A stretch of 64,000 nt of DNA from positions 6,255 to 70,254 of the IMG/VR virus record IMGVR_UViG_3300037882_003357, one strand, 5' to 3'. Below are positions 1-8,523 of the stretch, one piece after another. Both the position numbers and the translations under genes were made by a program. Positions within the stretch are counted from its first letter, which is position 1. Every line of letters begins with the position of its first letter. This stretch comes from a virus. Below the pieces are notes generated by a model. It saw nothing but the letters and a program-made list of their open reading frames with translations. It made no database searches and was not told where the DNA came from.

Positions 1-42
1 AAGTACAAGCACTCTTAGCCAAACTTAAGCCTATTCTTTAGC

Positions 43-72
43 TTGACAAAAGCCTGTTCTTTAACTTAGACT
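43..72 (+). promoter_or_regulatory. sigma70-type (early) promoter
   Basis: TTGACA (43-48), 18 nt spacer, TAGACT (67-72), upstream of ORF 101. Confidence 0.6.
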
Positions 73-100
73 AAAAGAGCATAGTTAAAGAAAAATTCAA

Positions 101-541
101 ATGACCACAGCAAGACAGCTTTACTCTCTTCCTTCTGAAGACCTCCCTTATGAATGCACTGTTTTCTCCATAGCAGAACACCTCTATGAAGTTCAAAATG
201 ACATTCCTTACGACTTAGATACTGAAAGTCTTCCTTTTGAAATCAAAGTGCTTAAAGACCATTGTTTTGATGGTAGACGCACCTGGACACTTAAAACGGT
301 GTGGTGGGAAGATAAGCCCTTCATGATTGTTCAGAACGCAGGAAGAGAAGGGCGTGACCACGTGGACAGATTCATCACAAGTGTTCCTCAATATAAAAAG
401 TTCATTGCAGCACTTCAAGACTTAATTGGTCAAGACGATGACCAAATCTCCAGAGATATGCTAGGATTAGATGAAGAGCGTCCAGACTTGGATTCCTTCT
501 ATTCCTACAAGCTTGATAAACCTTTTGAATTTTGGAGCTAA
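101..541 (+). CDS. hypothetical phage protein
   Basis: 146 aa ORF downstream of a sigma70-like promoter. Confidence 0.75.
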   Translation: MTTARQLYSLPSEDLPYECTVFSIAEHLYEVQNDIPYDLDTESLPFEIKVLKDHCFDGRRTWTLKTVWWEDKPFMIVQNAGREGRDHVDRFITSVPQYKKFIAALQDLIGQDDDQISRDMLGLDEERPDLDSFYSYKLDKPFEFWS

Positions 542-545
542 AAAC

Positions 546-863
546 ATGACATCCACCAAACCTGTGCTACTTGTTGAATGTGACGATTCTTACTATCTTC
601 TAATTAGCGATGATGCTCGCATAACATATGTCGCAAACGAATCTTTGTTTGATTACTATTGGGGATATGAATACGAGCCTGGTGATGTGCCACAAGCACT
701 AAATAAATATGTGGGCTACCGAACTAGAGCAATACGTGACTATGAGCTAGGAAAATACAAGCAAATCGCTAGAATCCTCACAGAGCTGTTTGAAGTGCTT
801 AGTCCTTCAGATGATGATGATGAATATGAAGATGATGCTGCTGTGAGGGAAATCGACTTCTAG
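546..863 (+). CDS. hypothetical acidic protein
   Basis: In-frame ATG at 546 just after the upstream stop is preferred over the track start at 471. Confidence 0.7.
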   Translation: MTSTKPVLLVECDDSYYLLISDDARITYVANESLFDYYWGYEYEPGDVPQALNKYVGYRTRAIRDYELGKYKQIARILTELFEVLSPSDDDDEYEDDAAVREIDF

Positions 864-889
864 CACAAACAACTTGAGCTAAACCATTA

Positions 890-934
890 CCTTCCAGCGC
901 TTCCCTTTGGGCAAGCTTGTGTGGAGGGCTTTTT
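890..934 (+). terminator. Rho-independent terminator
   Basis: CCTTCCA...TGGAGGG stem followed by a T run. Confidence 0.5.
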
Positions 935-955
935 GTTGTGCATCGAAGCGAAGCA

Positions 956-966
956 AGATAATGAAG
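956..966 (+). promoter_or_regulatory. putative late promoter motif AGATAATGAAG
   Basis: Copy of the recurrent GAWAATGAA motif, upstream of ORF 992. Confidence 0.6.
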
Positions 967-991
967 AGGTAATTCACTGGAACATCCTGCT

Positions 992-1192
992 ATGGCTTCA
1001 TTGTTACCTCCAAAAATTGAAAGTTATATTTCCACTGCACTCATTGTGGCAAGACAGGAGAAGCTATATTTTCAAGAGCTTATCTTGAAAAATCCAGGTG
1101 CCAGCAGTGAGGAGATTGTGTACTGGAATTTAGCAGTAACTCAATACACTGCTGCCATCACTGAACTGCTCACTCTACTCACTCTTCCTTAG
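992..1192 (+). CDS. small hypothetical protein, probably late-expressed
   Basis: 66 aa ORF preceded by the late motif. Confidence 0.6.
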   Translation: MASLLPPKIESYISTALIVARQEKLYFQELILKNPGASSEEIVYWNLAVTQYTAAITELLTLLTLP

Positions 1193-1242
1193 AGACTAAA
1201 CGGTGCTGGCTGCGCTTTAACATATTCAATAATCTCGTCAAA

Positions 1243-1890
1243 CTAAGCTTCTAGCAGAGGACACATTTTGTCTGACTTTCTGCCGTTGTCTGATTTGGTT
1301 AGAACTTGAAGATTCCACAGACCGTTAACAATGCTAGGTTCTAGCACATTTTTCTTAATGAAGAAATTTACTGGTATTATCTGGTCTATTGCAACTTCTA
1401 TTTCTTTTCTTTGGTGCCATATAGGAAAGGTGTGTAAATGCGCGACCAACTCTTCAGTGGAATACTTTACTAAGTATGATGAGCGCATACCTGCCTTTGA
1501 ATCTTTAGTATCATTTAATAGCTGATGCAGCGTGTTGCGTAGTCTCGTCCGTACTGACACAAGTTCAGCGAGAGCCTCTCTGTCGGGTTTATACTTGTGA
1601 CTATTAGCACGTGCATTTGCTTCAGCAGTTCTTAGCAACCTGCAAGCTTTGCATCCGCTACCTTTGAGGTGTTCGTGAGGCTCTTACCTACAGCCGCAGA
1701 ACCCCACTTTCGACATCCTCTACCTCTAAGATGCTCATGAGCATCTTGCTGAAAGTCTCCGTGAATGGGACAAGTTATTGTTACGTGGCTAGCTGCCTTA
1801 GTGAAACGTGTTTTTCTGGTATGAGTACTTACCTGGATGTGCTTCTGAAGCCCTAGCAATAAAGTCTTTTTTTGTGATTTGAGGTGCCAT
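1243..1890 (-). pseudogene. degenerate HNH homing endonuclease with DUF723-like N-terminus
   Basis: ATG at 1890 reads MAPQITKKDFIARASEAHPGKYSYQK. The frame shifts in an A run near 1812 to TRFTKAASHVTITCPIHGDFQQ..HLRGRGC and shifts again near 1635. The HNH core reads IDQIIPV..NLQVL...DNGRKS, with His replaced by Gln. Confidence 0.7.
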
Positions 1891-1901
1891 AGAAAATGAA
1901 T
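1891..1901 (+). promoter_or_regulatory. putative late promoter motif AGAAAATGAAT
   Basis: Motif copy 25 nt upstream of the terminase ATG. Confidence 0.55.
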
Positions 1902-1925
1902 GTAGGAATAATACTATAGTGTAGC

Positions 1926-3884
1926 ATGACAACTAAATCAACGTCTACCAAGCGTCGCAGTGCATCAAGTATTGCTGGGGCAAGATTAGCTGCATTAGAC
2001 GGTAAAACAAGAAAAAATGCTTCAACAATCCAAGCTCAGGTTGCATCCGGTGAGCTAGTTGAGCAGATGATAATAGAAATGAAGACTTATGGAGTAAATG
2101 AGTTTGGAGAAAGACTTGATTTTTCAGAACCTTGCTTTGAAGAGTGTTTGCGACTTGTGGGTGACTTACGTGTTGCAAGAGTTTACGTGAGCGGCTGCTC
2201 TCAAAGATTTAAGTCTGCAAGTGTCATTCAAGTTAACGCCTGGATGAGCCAGAGAGCAGGTCTTGCAACTCTTTTCAGTTGGCCTAAAGCAAGAATGCTT
2301 GAGTTGTTGCAGCCTCGCCAGCATCTACCAGTTTTGAAAAACTGGAGCAAAGTAAGTGGTATTACTACCATTACAAGAGAAATGAGAACTTCCACTACTA
2401 CTTATGATGTGGGGGTCGCTCCTGCAACTTTTACTCACGTCAACAGCCAAAAATCCGATTCTGAAATTGGGGCAGGAACAAGTAGTGTTGCCGTTACAGC
2501 ATCACTGCTAACTTGCGATGAAAGCTCTCAAAGCCCTCTGTCTGCACAGCAAGCGTTATTTAGACGCTTAGACGCAGGAAAAATTAAGACTCACCCTGTG
2601 AGGCTTACAGGAACTCCGTCAGGAGGTTCTGGCATCGAAAGTAGTATTGCAGACGCTGATTATGAGTTCATTCCTCACGTCATCTGTAACCACTGTGGTA
2701 AACTAGCATCACTTCACCCTTTCGGTGCTCTATTTAGACCTGAAATGGTGCGCAGCGAAGATGGTACCTTGCTAAAGAGTTTTTGCTATGAAGATGGAAT
2801 GCCCCGAAAATTATTTTGTCATGACCCTAATAATAGCTTTGAAACTGCGTTTGTAGGATGTGAGTATTGTGAACAAGAGCTTTCGGATGAATCGCGCTAC
2901 GAAGCAAGATTCTGGTGCGTCAAGAATAAAATCAGTCTTCAGGACTTTTTGCAAAATGTTGTTCCCGAACAGTGGGAGAAAAAGCAGCTCCGTGTAGGTC
3001 TCTGGGTGGGTGCGCTCTCCAGACAACGAACAAATATAGCTGCTGAGATAATGGCAGACTGCACACTTGAGAATATCTCTGACTTTTACCAGCAGCGTTG
3101 CGGAACACCTTCAACCTTTGCTGCAAACTGCATTACTTCAGAAGCTCTTATAAACGCCTTAGAACGCAAGTTTTTTACTAAGGATAGTTTCTATCAAACT
3201 CACAACTTAACAGACACTCCTGAGGCTGCTAGGCAGGATAGAATACGTTCTGTTAAACTCTGCGGTATTGACCAAGGAAGAAGCTCCAACTACTTTGCCG
3301 CGATTGAGTTTATTTTCGATAGTCATCTCCCTCCTAACCTTGCTTTCTCTACTGCCAAATGGAACATCCTAGCTTTAGAGTGTTTTCCTAGTTTTGCTAC
3401 TGGAGAGCTTCTTGCAAAATACGATATTGATGGAGGGTTTATTGACAACGAACCTTCTATAGCTTCCGCAGCTAAAATCTGTTCTGAAACAGGGCTGACA
3501 CTCGCTGACCAGCAAGCTAAACAAAAAGACGATTTCATCATTAAGCAGGTGCAAGACGGCGGGGAGTTCTTTGATTGCGTAAAAATCAAACATAAAAAGT
3601 TTGCTAAGCACCTTTTTGCATTGTTTTCTGGAGCTAACATAGCTGTTAATCGAGATTATTTAAGGTTTGCTGGAGGTAAGAGTAAGGAATCTGGTGACAT
3701 TTTTAAGCATCTTACGAGAGTTAGTTGGGACAGCGATTCAGGAGATTTAGTCAGGGCACCAGACAAAAGCGATGACATCTTTTTTAGCGCTGTTTTCTGC
3801 TGTGCAGCATTTGCAATGTATTTAGTTGACCCCTCACACATTGCTCTTAATAAAGCGGATTGGTCGTGGATGGACAGCTTTTAG
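1926..3884 (+). CDS. terL: terminase large subunit (lambda GpA-like)
   Basis: Degenerate Walker A (SGCSQRFKS), Walker B (LTCDE), GTP coupling motif, CNHC and CEYC zinc pairs, RNase H-like GIDQG and C-terminal DD. Confidence 0.85.
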   Translation: MTTKSTSTKRRSASSIAGARLAALDGKTRKNASTIQAQVASGELVEQMIIEMKTYGVNEFGERLDFSEPCFEECLRLVGDLRVARVYVSGCSQRFKSASVIQVNAWMSQRAGLATLFSWPKARMLELLQPRQHLPVLKNWSKVSGITTITREMRTSTTTYDVGVAPATFTHVNSQKSDSEIGAGTSSVAVTASLLTCDESSQSPLSAQQALFRRLDAGKIKTHPVRLTGTPSGGSGIESSIADADYEFIPHVICNHCGKLASLHPFGALFRPEMVRSEDGTLLKSFCYEDGMPRKLFCHDPNNSFETAFVGCEYCEQELSDESRYEARFWCVKNKISLQDFLQNVVPEQWEKKQLRVGLWVGALSRQRTNIAAEIMADCTLENISDFYQQRCGTPSTFAANCITSEALINALERKFFTKDSFYQTHNLTDTPEAARQDRIRSVKLCGIDQGRSSNYFAAIEFIFDSHLPPNLAFSTAKWNILALECFPSFATGELLAKYDIDGGFIDNEPSIASAAKICSETGLTLADQQAKQKDDFIIKQVQDGGEFFDCVKIKHKKFAKHLFALFSGANIAVNRDYLRFAGGKSKESGDIFKHLTRVSWDSDSGDLVRAPDKSDDIFFSAVFCCAAFAMYLVDPSHIALNKADWSWMDSF

Positions 3885-3893
3885 CATAAAAAT

Positions 3894-3919
3894 TCTCCCT
3901 TAGTTAAAGCTAGGGGAGA
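3894..3919. terminator. hairpin terminator between convergent genes
   Basis: TCTCCCTTAG / CTAGGGGAGA inverted repeat. Confidence 0.55.
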
Positions 3920-3974
3920 GAACAACTAAACAAATAAGGTAAAGAACAAATTCTACCTCAAGTTGTAGTCTAAG

Positions 3975-5096
3975 TTATTTTGCTTTGGGAGTCAACAAAT
4001 AATCCACACCGTCTAAGGTAATTGTTCTAGGCGCGGGAGCTTCACAAGGAGTCTCAGAGAAGCTCATAGAGCAACCTTCTTCTAGCTTAACCACGTTTCC
4101 TTCAGCTAAGACTGCTTCAAACTTGTCGTTATCACACCACAAGCCACCACCAAAGTCTGACGTAGGAAAAGTGAGAAGACTATATGAATTAGTACGTCCC
4201 TCCTTACGGTCAATTATGAAATTGGTTCCTTCTTCAAAAATTACTCTAACATTGGCAATGTCAACGTCTCCGTGAAGAACCTTGAAAGTGTCACCCACTT
4301 CAAATCTGTCGTAGAAAGGAACTGAAGGTTCTTTCTTTTTAGGAGTGGGAACAAGAAGACTCGCAAATCCTTTTTCAAAAGCTTCAATCACAAGTTCTTC
4401 TTTGTAGTGCCAGGAATAACCGTCAACACACGACTCTATACATAATGTTTCTCCTTCGATGTTAGGAGCATGAGTGCGTTCAATGAATGCTTTTCCTTCT
4501 GGAAGACCGTACCTTCCATACCCCACAAGCTCTTCCCAAGCTTCTCCGTCAGTGATGTAGAACTCAAATCCTGCTTTAAGAACATCTTTGAAGAGAGCAA
4601 TAGCTCCAGATTCCAAGTGCCCCTTGAACATAGCGTTCCAAACCCACAGACCATCAGAGAAATCTTCACTGCTCAGGCAGTAGTTCATTCTATCTTCTAC
4701 ATCTGTAGTGTCATGTACAACTGTTGTCACGTAGCCTATAGGCAGCTTTAAGTCACGATAAAGAGGACAATCTGAAATGTCCTTCAGGATGATGAACTTG
4801 TCCCCTATGTTGTAGCGTAGGTGAAAAGGTTTTTCTGTTTCTTCGAGGGCTTTTCCAAACAAGTATTCTTCGTAGACCCCTTGTTTTTCGTCGTAGTTAT
4901 AGACTGCCTTTCCACCTTCTAGTTTTGCTTCGATTATTTCACGCGCATCCGCAGTGTCGTAGTATTTGTCTGAAGCCCCAATGATAGGACTAATGTTGCC
5001 TCTTGCAGTTATTAAGAAAAAGCTTTGTTTGTCCGAATCATTTAAGTGTGTTTGAACTGCAAAAAGCGCGTCATGTAGAGAAATTTCAAGGGTCAT
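3975..5096 (-). CDS. hypothetical protein with an internally repeated domain
   Basis: 373 aa; PFHLRYNIGDKF...DFSDGLW resembles PFYDRFEVGDTF...DFGGGLW. Confidence 0.8.
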   Translation of the reverse strand: MTLEISLHDALFAVQTHLNDSDKQSFFLITARGNISPIIGASDKYYDTADAREIIEAKLEGGKAVYNYDEKQGVYEEYLFGKALEETEKPFHLRYNIGDKFIILKDISDCPLYRDLKLPIGYVTTVVHDTTDVEDRMNYCLSSEDFSDGLWVWNAMFKGHLESGAIALFKDVLKAGFEFYITDGEAWEELVGYGRYGLPEGKAFIERTHAPNIEGETLCIESCVDGYSWHYKEELVIEAFEKGFASLLVPTPKKKEPSVPFYDRFEVGDTFKVLHGDVDIANVRVIFEEGTNFIIDRKEGRTNSYSLLTFPTSDFGGGLWCDNDKFEAVLAEGNVVKLEEGCSMSFSETPCEAPAPRTITLDGVDYLLTPKAK

Positions 5097-5151
5097 GAGA
5101 GAAAGTCCTTTTGAATTTTGTTGTTAGGAGCTTATCTGTTGCTCTAAAGCT

Positions 5152-5180
5152 AGTTTAGCAGAGGCTTAATAAGATTGCAA
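5152..5180 (-). promoter_or_regulatory. sigma70-type (early) promoter
   Basis: Minus strand TTGCAA-N17-TAAACT upstream of ORF 5096. Confidence 0.6.
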
Positions 5181-5227
5181 GAGCAATAAGCGAAGACGCT
5201 AAGCGCTGGAGCGCCCGCGACTATAAT

Positions 5228-5809
5228 TTAGTAAGAATCTAAATATTGCTCCAAACGACTTGGATAGAACTCTTCCATGTACGCTATCGCGGCAGGTACC
5301 ATATAGACGCTGAAAGAATTGAACAAAGCTGCTGTCTCTTCAAGCTTCCCAAGCTCTTCAGTGTTACCTTCTTCTTGCTGGAGAAGGAACATGGCAGTTT
5401 CTGCTGCCACTTCTTCAGCAATCTTCACTTGAAACACCAATGCCATGACGTACTCAAATAGCACTAGGAGGGTGTCATCAGGTTTTTGAAAAGCTTGTAA
5501 AGGCATTCCAGCATTCAGAGCATTCTGCTGATTTAAGTAGGTTGTTATAGCATCCCTTACAAACACTATTAAGTCGGATAGGATGAGAAGTCTACTTAAA
5601 TCAGCTCTCACTAGAGCACTTTGGAAGCACACGTTAGCCAACACACTTTGATAGACGTATTGGCTTTTGCGTTCTGAAAGAATGTCACGACTGTGAACAA
5701 ACTCTTCTGCAAACGTGCGTATGGCTGCTTGCCTAGAGAGAGGAATGTGTTCTCCGTAGGCAGCATTGATTTTGAATTGCTCTAGAAGGTCGTCTGTGGG
5801 CATTGTCAT
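5228..5809 (-). CDS. hypothetical helical protein
   Basis: 193 aa ORF with a 4-nt overlap with the upstream gene. Confidence 0.7.
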   Translation of the reverse strand: MTMPTDDLLEQFKINAAYGEHIPLSRQAAIRTFAEEFVHSRDILSERKSQYVYQSVLANVCFQSALVRADLSRLLILSDLIVFVRDAITTYLNQQNALNAGMPLQAFQKPDDTLLVLFEYVMALVFQVKIAEEVAAETAMFLLQQEEGNTEELGKLEETAALFNSFSVYMVPAAIAYMEEFYPSRLEQYLDSY

Positions 5810-6255
5810 AGATTACTCAAATCTAGCTTTACAGTTTCTATTGTAGTCCAGATTTCCACAGGATTACCAGTGAGGAAAGATTCTTTTAGAACTTTCTCGT
5901 TAAAGCTAATCACTGCAATGGAATCATTACGACTAGGATAGTAGCTCACAGAAGCATAAAAGTCATGGTAGGCAAAGCATGTGAATAGAAAGTCTCCGAA
6001 CCACACATCTTTAGAATCATCTAAATTAGTGTCTCGTTCCAAGAACCATGAACGAATGTAGGTCTTAATCTGCTTAGCGTTAGATGCTAAGAACTCTGTC
6101 TGCTCTTTTGTATAGATTCGGTCTTCGTTCACGCCTAATGCTTCTCCTGCTGCCATGATTTTATCTCGAAACTCTGCTTCCGCTAAGAAGTTTTGTTGTC
6201 CTAAAGCAGAGGTGAGGCTGCTCAGTTCTTTGTCCCAGCTAAATTCTTCAGTCAT
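5806..6255 (-). CDS. hypothetical protein
   Basis: 149 aa ORF with an AGGAG ribosome binding site. Confidence 0.75.
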   Translation of the reverse strand: MTEEFSWDKELSSLTSALGQQNFLAEAEFRDKIMAAGEALGVNEDRIYTKEQTEFLASNAKQIKTYIRSWFLERDTNLDDSKDVWFGDFLFTCFAYHDFYASVSYYPSRNDSIAVISFNEKVLKESFLTGNPVEIWTTIETVKLDLSNL

Positions 6256-6264
6256 GGTTTTCTC

Positions 6265-6936
6265 CTAAAAAGGTTTTTCTTCAACCAAAGGTAACTTTTG
6301 CAAACTAATACCGTCTACAGCATCATTGTACCACTCTACAATCTTTGTCGCAATGTTGATGCTATCGTAAGGTTTTTCGTAACTAAAGATGTTGTCATAG
6401 TGACTAAGCTTTCCTCGACTATCATCTCCTCCACCTTCCGCAGGTTCTGCACACACTAAGCCAATTGGAAACACGTAGTCGTACTGACGACGAAGAATGT
6501 TGTATTCTCCCCGATTTAGAATCTCACCAAAGGCGACTTGTCCTTCCACGTAGAAGAGTTCTTTAGCCAGCTTACACCAAATCTCAGGATAGAAAGCTCT
6601 CCACATCTCAGCAAAACCAATAAGGTAATGACGAAACTCTTGGCCTAAGCCCAGGCTGATGTGATGCGCTTTTTGCTCCTCGTAGTATGCAAGAAGACCC
6701 GCAGCATCTTCTTGCATAACTTCTCTAAGCTTAGAGTAGCATTCGTGTTTGAAGTACCAATTTCCTGCTGCTTGCTGCCACAAAGGTCTTTGAGAGAATG
6801 CCCACATAACCTTAAGAGCTTCCCCTGGATTACAGTTTGTAACCTCGTAATTTGTGGTGAGCCACTTGAGCATTGTTGTCTTTCCAATGCGGTTCTGGCC
6901 TGAAAGACCAATGAAAACAGACGGTTTACTTTTCAT
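6265..6936 (-). CDS. deoxynucleoside monophosphate kinase-like P-loop protein
   Basis: N-terminal FIGLSGQNRIGKTT P-loop; R..LIGFAEMWR..YPEIW segment typical of phage dNMP kinases. Confidence 0.7.
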   Translation of the reverse strand: MKSKPSVFIGLSGQNRIGKTTMLKWLTTNYEVTNCNPGEALKVMWAFSQRPLWQQAAGNWYFKHECYSKLREVMQEDAAGLLAYYEEQKAHHISLGLGQEFRHYLIGFAEMWRAFYPEIWCKLAKELFYVEGQVAFGEILNRGEYNILRRQYDYVFPIGLVCAEPAEGGGDDSRGKLSHYDNIFSYEKPYDSINIATKIVEWYNDAVDGISLQKLPLVEEKPF

Positions 6937-7273
6937 TATACCAAACCTTCAAGATTGTGTTTATTGTTTTCGCGACACTCTTAGCATCTGCTAGTGTAAC
7001 ACCAATTGAAATAGTATTATCTACGAAAGGGTGTGATAGCTGGTCGTGCCTACCAAAAGCTACAATGAGCTTATTAAGCGCATAAGCGTAGCCTAATTCC
7101 CACATTGTACCAGGACTAAAATGTGGAGCATTGAAATTAGCTACAACAAGGTCACTCTCATTAATCCAAGCCACATCACGATTGAAGATGTCTTCTCCCG
7201 TAATTCCTTCTGGACAATCAGTATGACTAATGATTCGTCTGTCATCCAGCGCTTTGTCTGGAGCAAGCAACAC
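6926..7273 (-). CDS. nucleoside 2-deoxyribosyltransferase / nucleotide N-glycosidase-like protein, N-terminally short
   Basis: IFNRDVAWINESDLVVA...SPGTMWELGYAYALNK signature. Confidence 0.75.
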   Translation of the reverse strand: MLLAPDKALDDRRIISHTDCPEGITGEDIFNRDVAWINESDLVVANFNAPHFSPGTMWELGYAYALNKLIVAFGRHDQLSHPFVDNTISIGVTLADAKSVAKTINTILKVWYNEK

Positions 7274-7442
7274 AAAAAGCCTTAAACACCTTAGTATAAC
7301 CTAGCACTGCTGCTTCTGCTTCAGGACGAGTATTAAAGCGTCCAATGTACCAACCTCTGTGACGAGCGAGCCACTTGCTTTCGGTTTGGCTGAAGCTCAC
7401 CCCCTTCACTTCTGATTTCATTCGTTTGTTTTGAAGTCGCAC
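7242..7442 (-). CDS. stand-alone AP2 DNA-binding domain protein
   Basis: SEVKGVSF...KWLAR....YIGRFNTRPEAEAA matches the AP2 pattern of HNH-AP2 endonucleases. Confidence 0.65.
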   Translation of the reverse strand: MRLQNKRMKSEVKGVSFSQTESKWLARHRGWYIGRFNTRPEAEAAVLGYTKVFKAFCVACSRQSAG

Positions 7443-7615
7443 TAGTTGTTCTCCAGATAATCTTTTAGGTCTTGTTGCATCTTATCATATTTTGGCTGCT
7501 GTCGGGGAGAATATTTTCCTATCCCTTTGGTTTGTCGTTTTCCGCACACATCGCACTTTTGCCCATCCCATACTTTGTTTGCGTCACACCCCAAGCACCA
7601 ATTACTTTTTGGCAT
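7442..7615 (-). CDS. small zinc-ribbon protein (not in ORF track)
   Basis: 57 aa, MPKSNWCLGCDANKVWDGQKCDVCGKRQ...; TGATG and TAGTG coupling with both neighbours. Confidence 0.65.
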   Translation of the reverse strand: MPKSNWCLGCDANKVWDGQKCDVCGKRQTKGIGKYSPRQQPKYDKMQQDLKDYLENN

Positions 7616-7860
7616 CAGTTTAACTTCGCAAGGTGTCTATTTACCTGCACAATCGTTTTAGGTGCATGGTGTCCATCCTCTAAATGCTGCTGCACAAAAG
7701 AAGCTTTAGCGGTTTCATCATATTCTAAGGTGCGCTTATTTAGCTCTTCAGCAAGAGTTTGTGGGAAAAGACCTGAATCTAAGGTAAAATACCAGTAACA
7801 ACTTTGACTGGCTTTAGTTTGAGGGTCTTCTAAGTAGAGAAAGTAGTAGTACGTGTTCAT
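7615..7860 (-). CDS. hypothetical protein
   Basis: 81 aa ORF with an AGGAG RBS, first gene after a promoter. Confidence 0.7.
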   Translation of the reverse strand: MNTYYYFLYLEDPQTKASQSCYWYFTLDSGLFPQTLAEELNKRTLEYDETAKASFVQQHLEDGHHAPKTIVQVNRHLAKLN

Positions 7861-7883
7861 AAAAAATCTCCTGAACTAAGAAA

Positions 7884-7913
7884 AGCTTAGCGCAGGAGAA
7901 AGGAGATTGTCAA
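7884..7913 (-). promoter_or_regulatory. sigma70-type (early) promoter
   Basis: Minus strand TTGACA-N18-TAAGCT. Confidence 0.6.
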
Positions 7914-7922
7914 GTAAAGACT

Positions 7923-8426
7923 TTATTTGTCGTCTTGGTAAACACTCAAAAAGACAGTGCCTTGGCTATATAGTGGCAAGATGTAATCTTCTAGGTCAGC
8001 GTTATACATACGCAAACAGCCAAGAGTGGGTACAAGCCTCTGGTACGGAGCAAAGGGGTCAGCAAGACCACTTCCTCCACCGTGTAGTCCTACGCCGCTA
8101 CGTCCATTAGTGTTTTCACCACTTTCTCGTCTGCTTACGTCGCAATCAATCATGTCGTAGAACATCCAGCCATAAGCACGTTCCATAGTGCCATTAGCCT
8201 TATCGTTGTAGAAAGTGCCTAGCTTGTAGACGCTAGGAGGAGTGTCGCCACCAACTAATCGCCAATTGGGGTCTTGCCCCATTGCAAGGCAAGGACGCTC
8301 CCAAAGAAGCTTTCCAGAGAAGGTGTAAGCCTTCATGGTTTCTGAAGTTGCATTGACAACCAGGTGGTAGTCGCCAGATTTGAATCCATAATCTCTGGGA
8401 TGAGTCCGTGGTGCGTGAAGTGCCAT
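7923..8426 (-). CDS. YkuD-family L,D-transpeptidase/peptidase, putative endolysin
   Basis: DTPPSVY and GLHGGG...TLGCLRM catalytic His/Cys motif; start moved to ATG 8426 (AAGGAA RBS), about 30 nt downstream of the late motif. Confidence 0.75.
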   Translation of the reverse strand: MALHAPRTHPRDYGFKSGDYHLVVNATSETMKAYTFSGKLLWERPCLAMGQDPNWRLVGGDTPPSVYKLGTFYNDKANGTMERAYGWMFYDMIDCDVSRRESGENTNGRSGVGLHGGGSGLADPFAPYQRLVPTLGCLRMYNADLEDYILPLYSQGTVFLSVYQDDK

Positions 8427-8456
8427 TTTGTTCCTTATGTGATATTCTTGGTACAT

Positions 8457-8467
8457 ATTCATTATCT
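8457..8467 (-). promoter_or_regulatory. putative late promoter motif AGATAATGAAT
   Basis: Minus-strand copy upstream of the endolysin candidate. Confidence 0.6.
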
Positions 8468-8523
8468 CGGCTCACGCCTCAAGCGTAAGTTGGGAGGCTC
8501 ACCTTACTTATCGAAAATCACGT

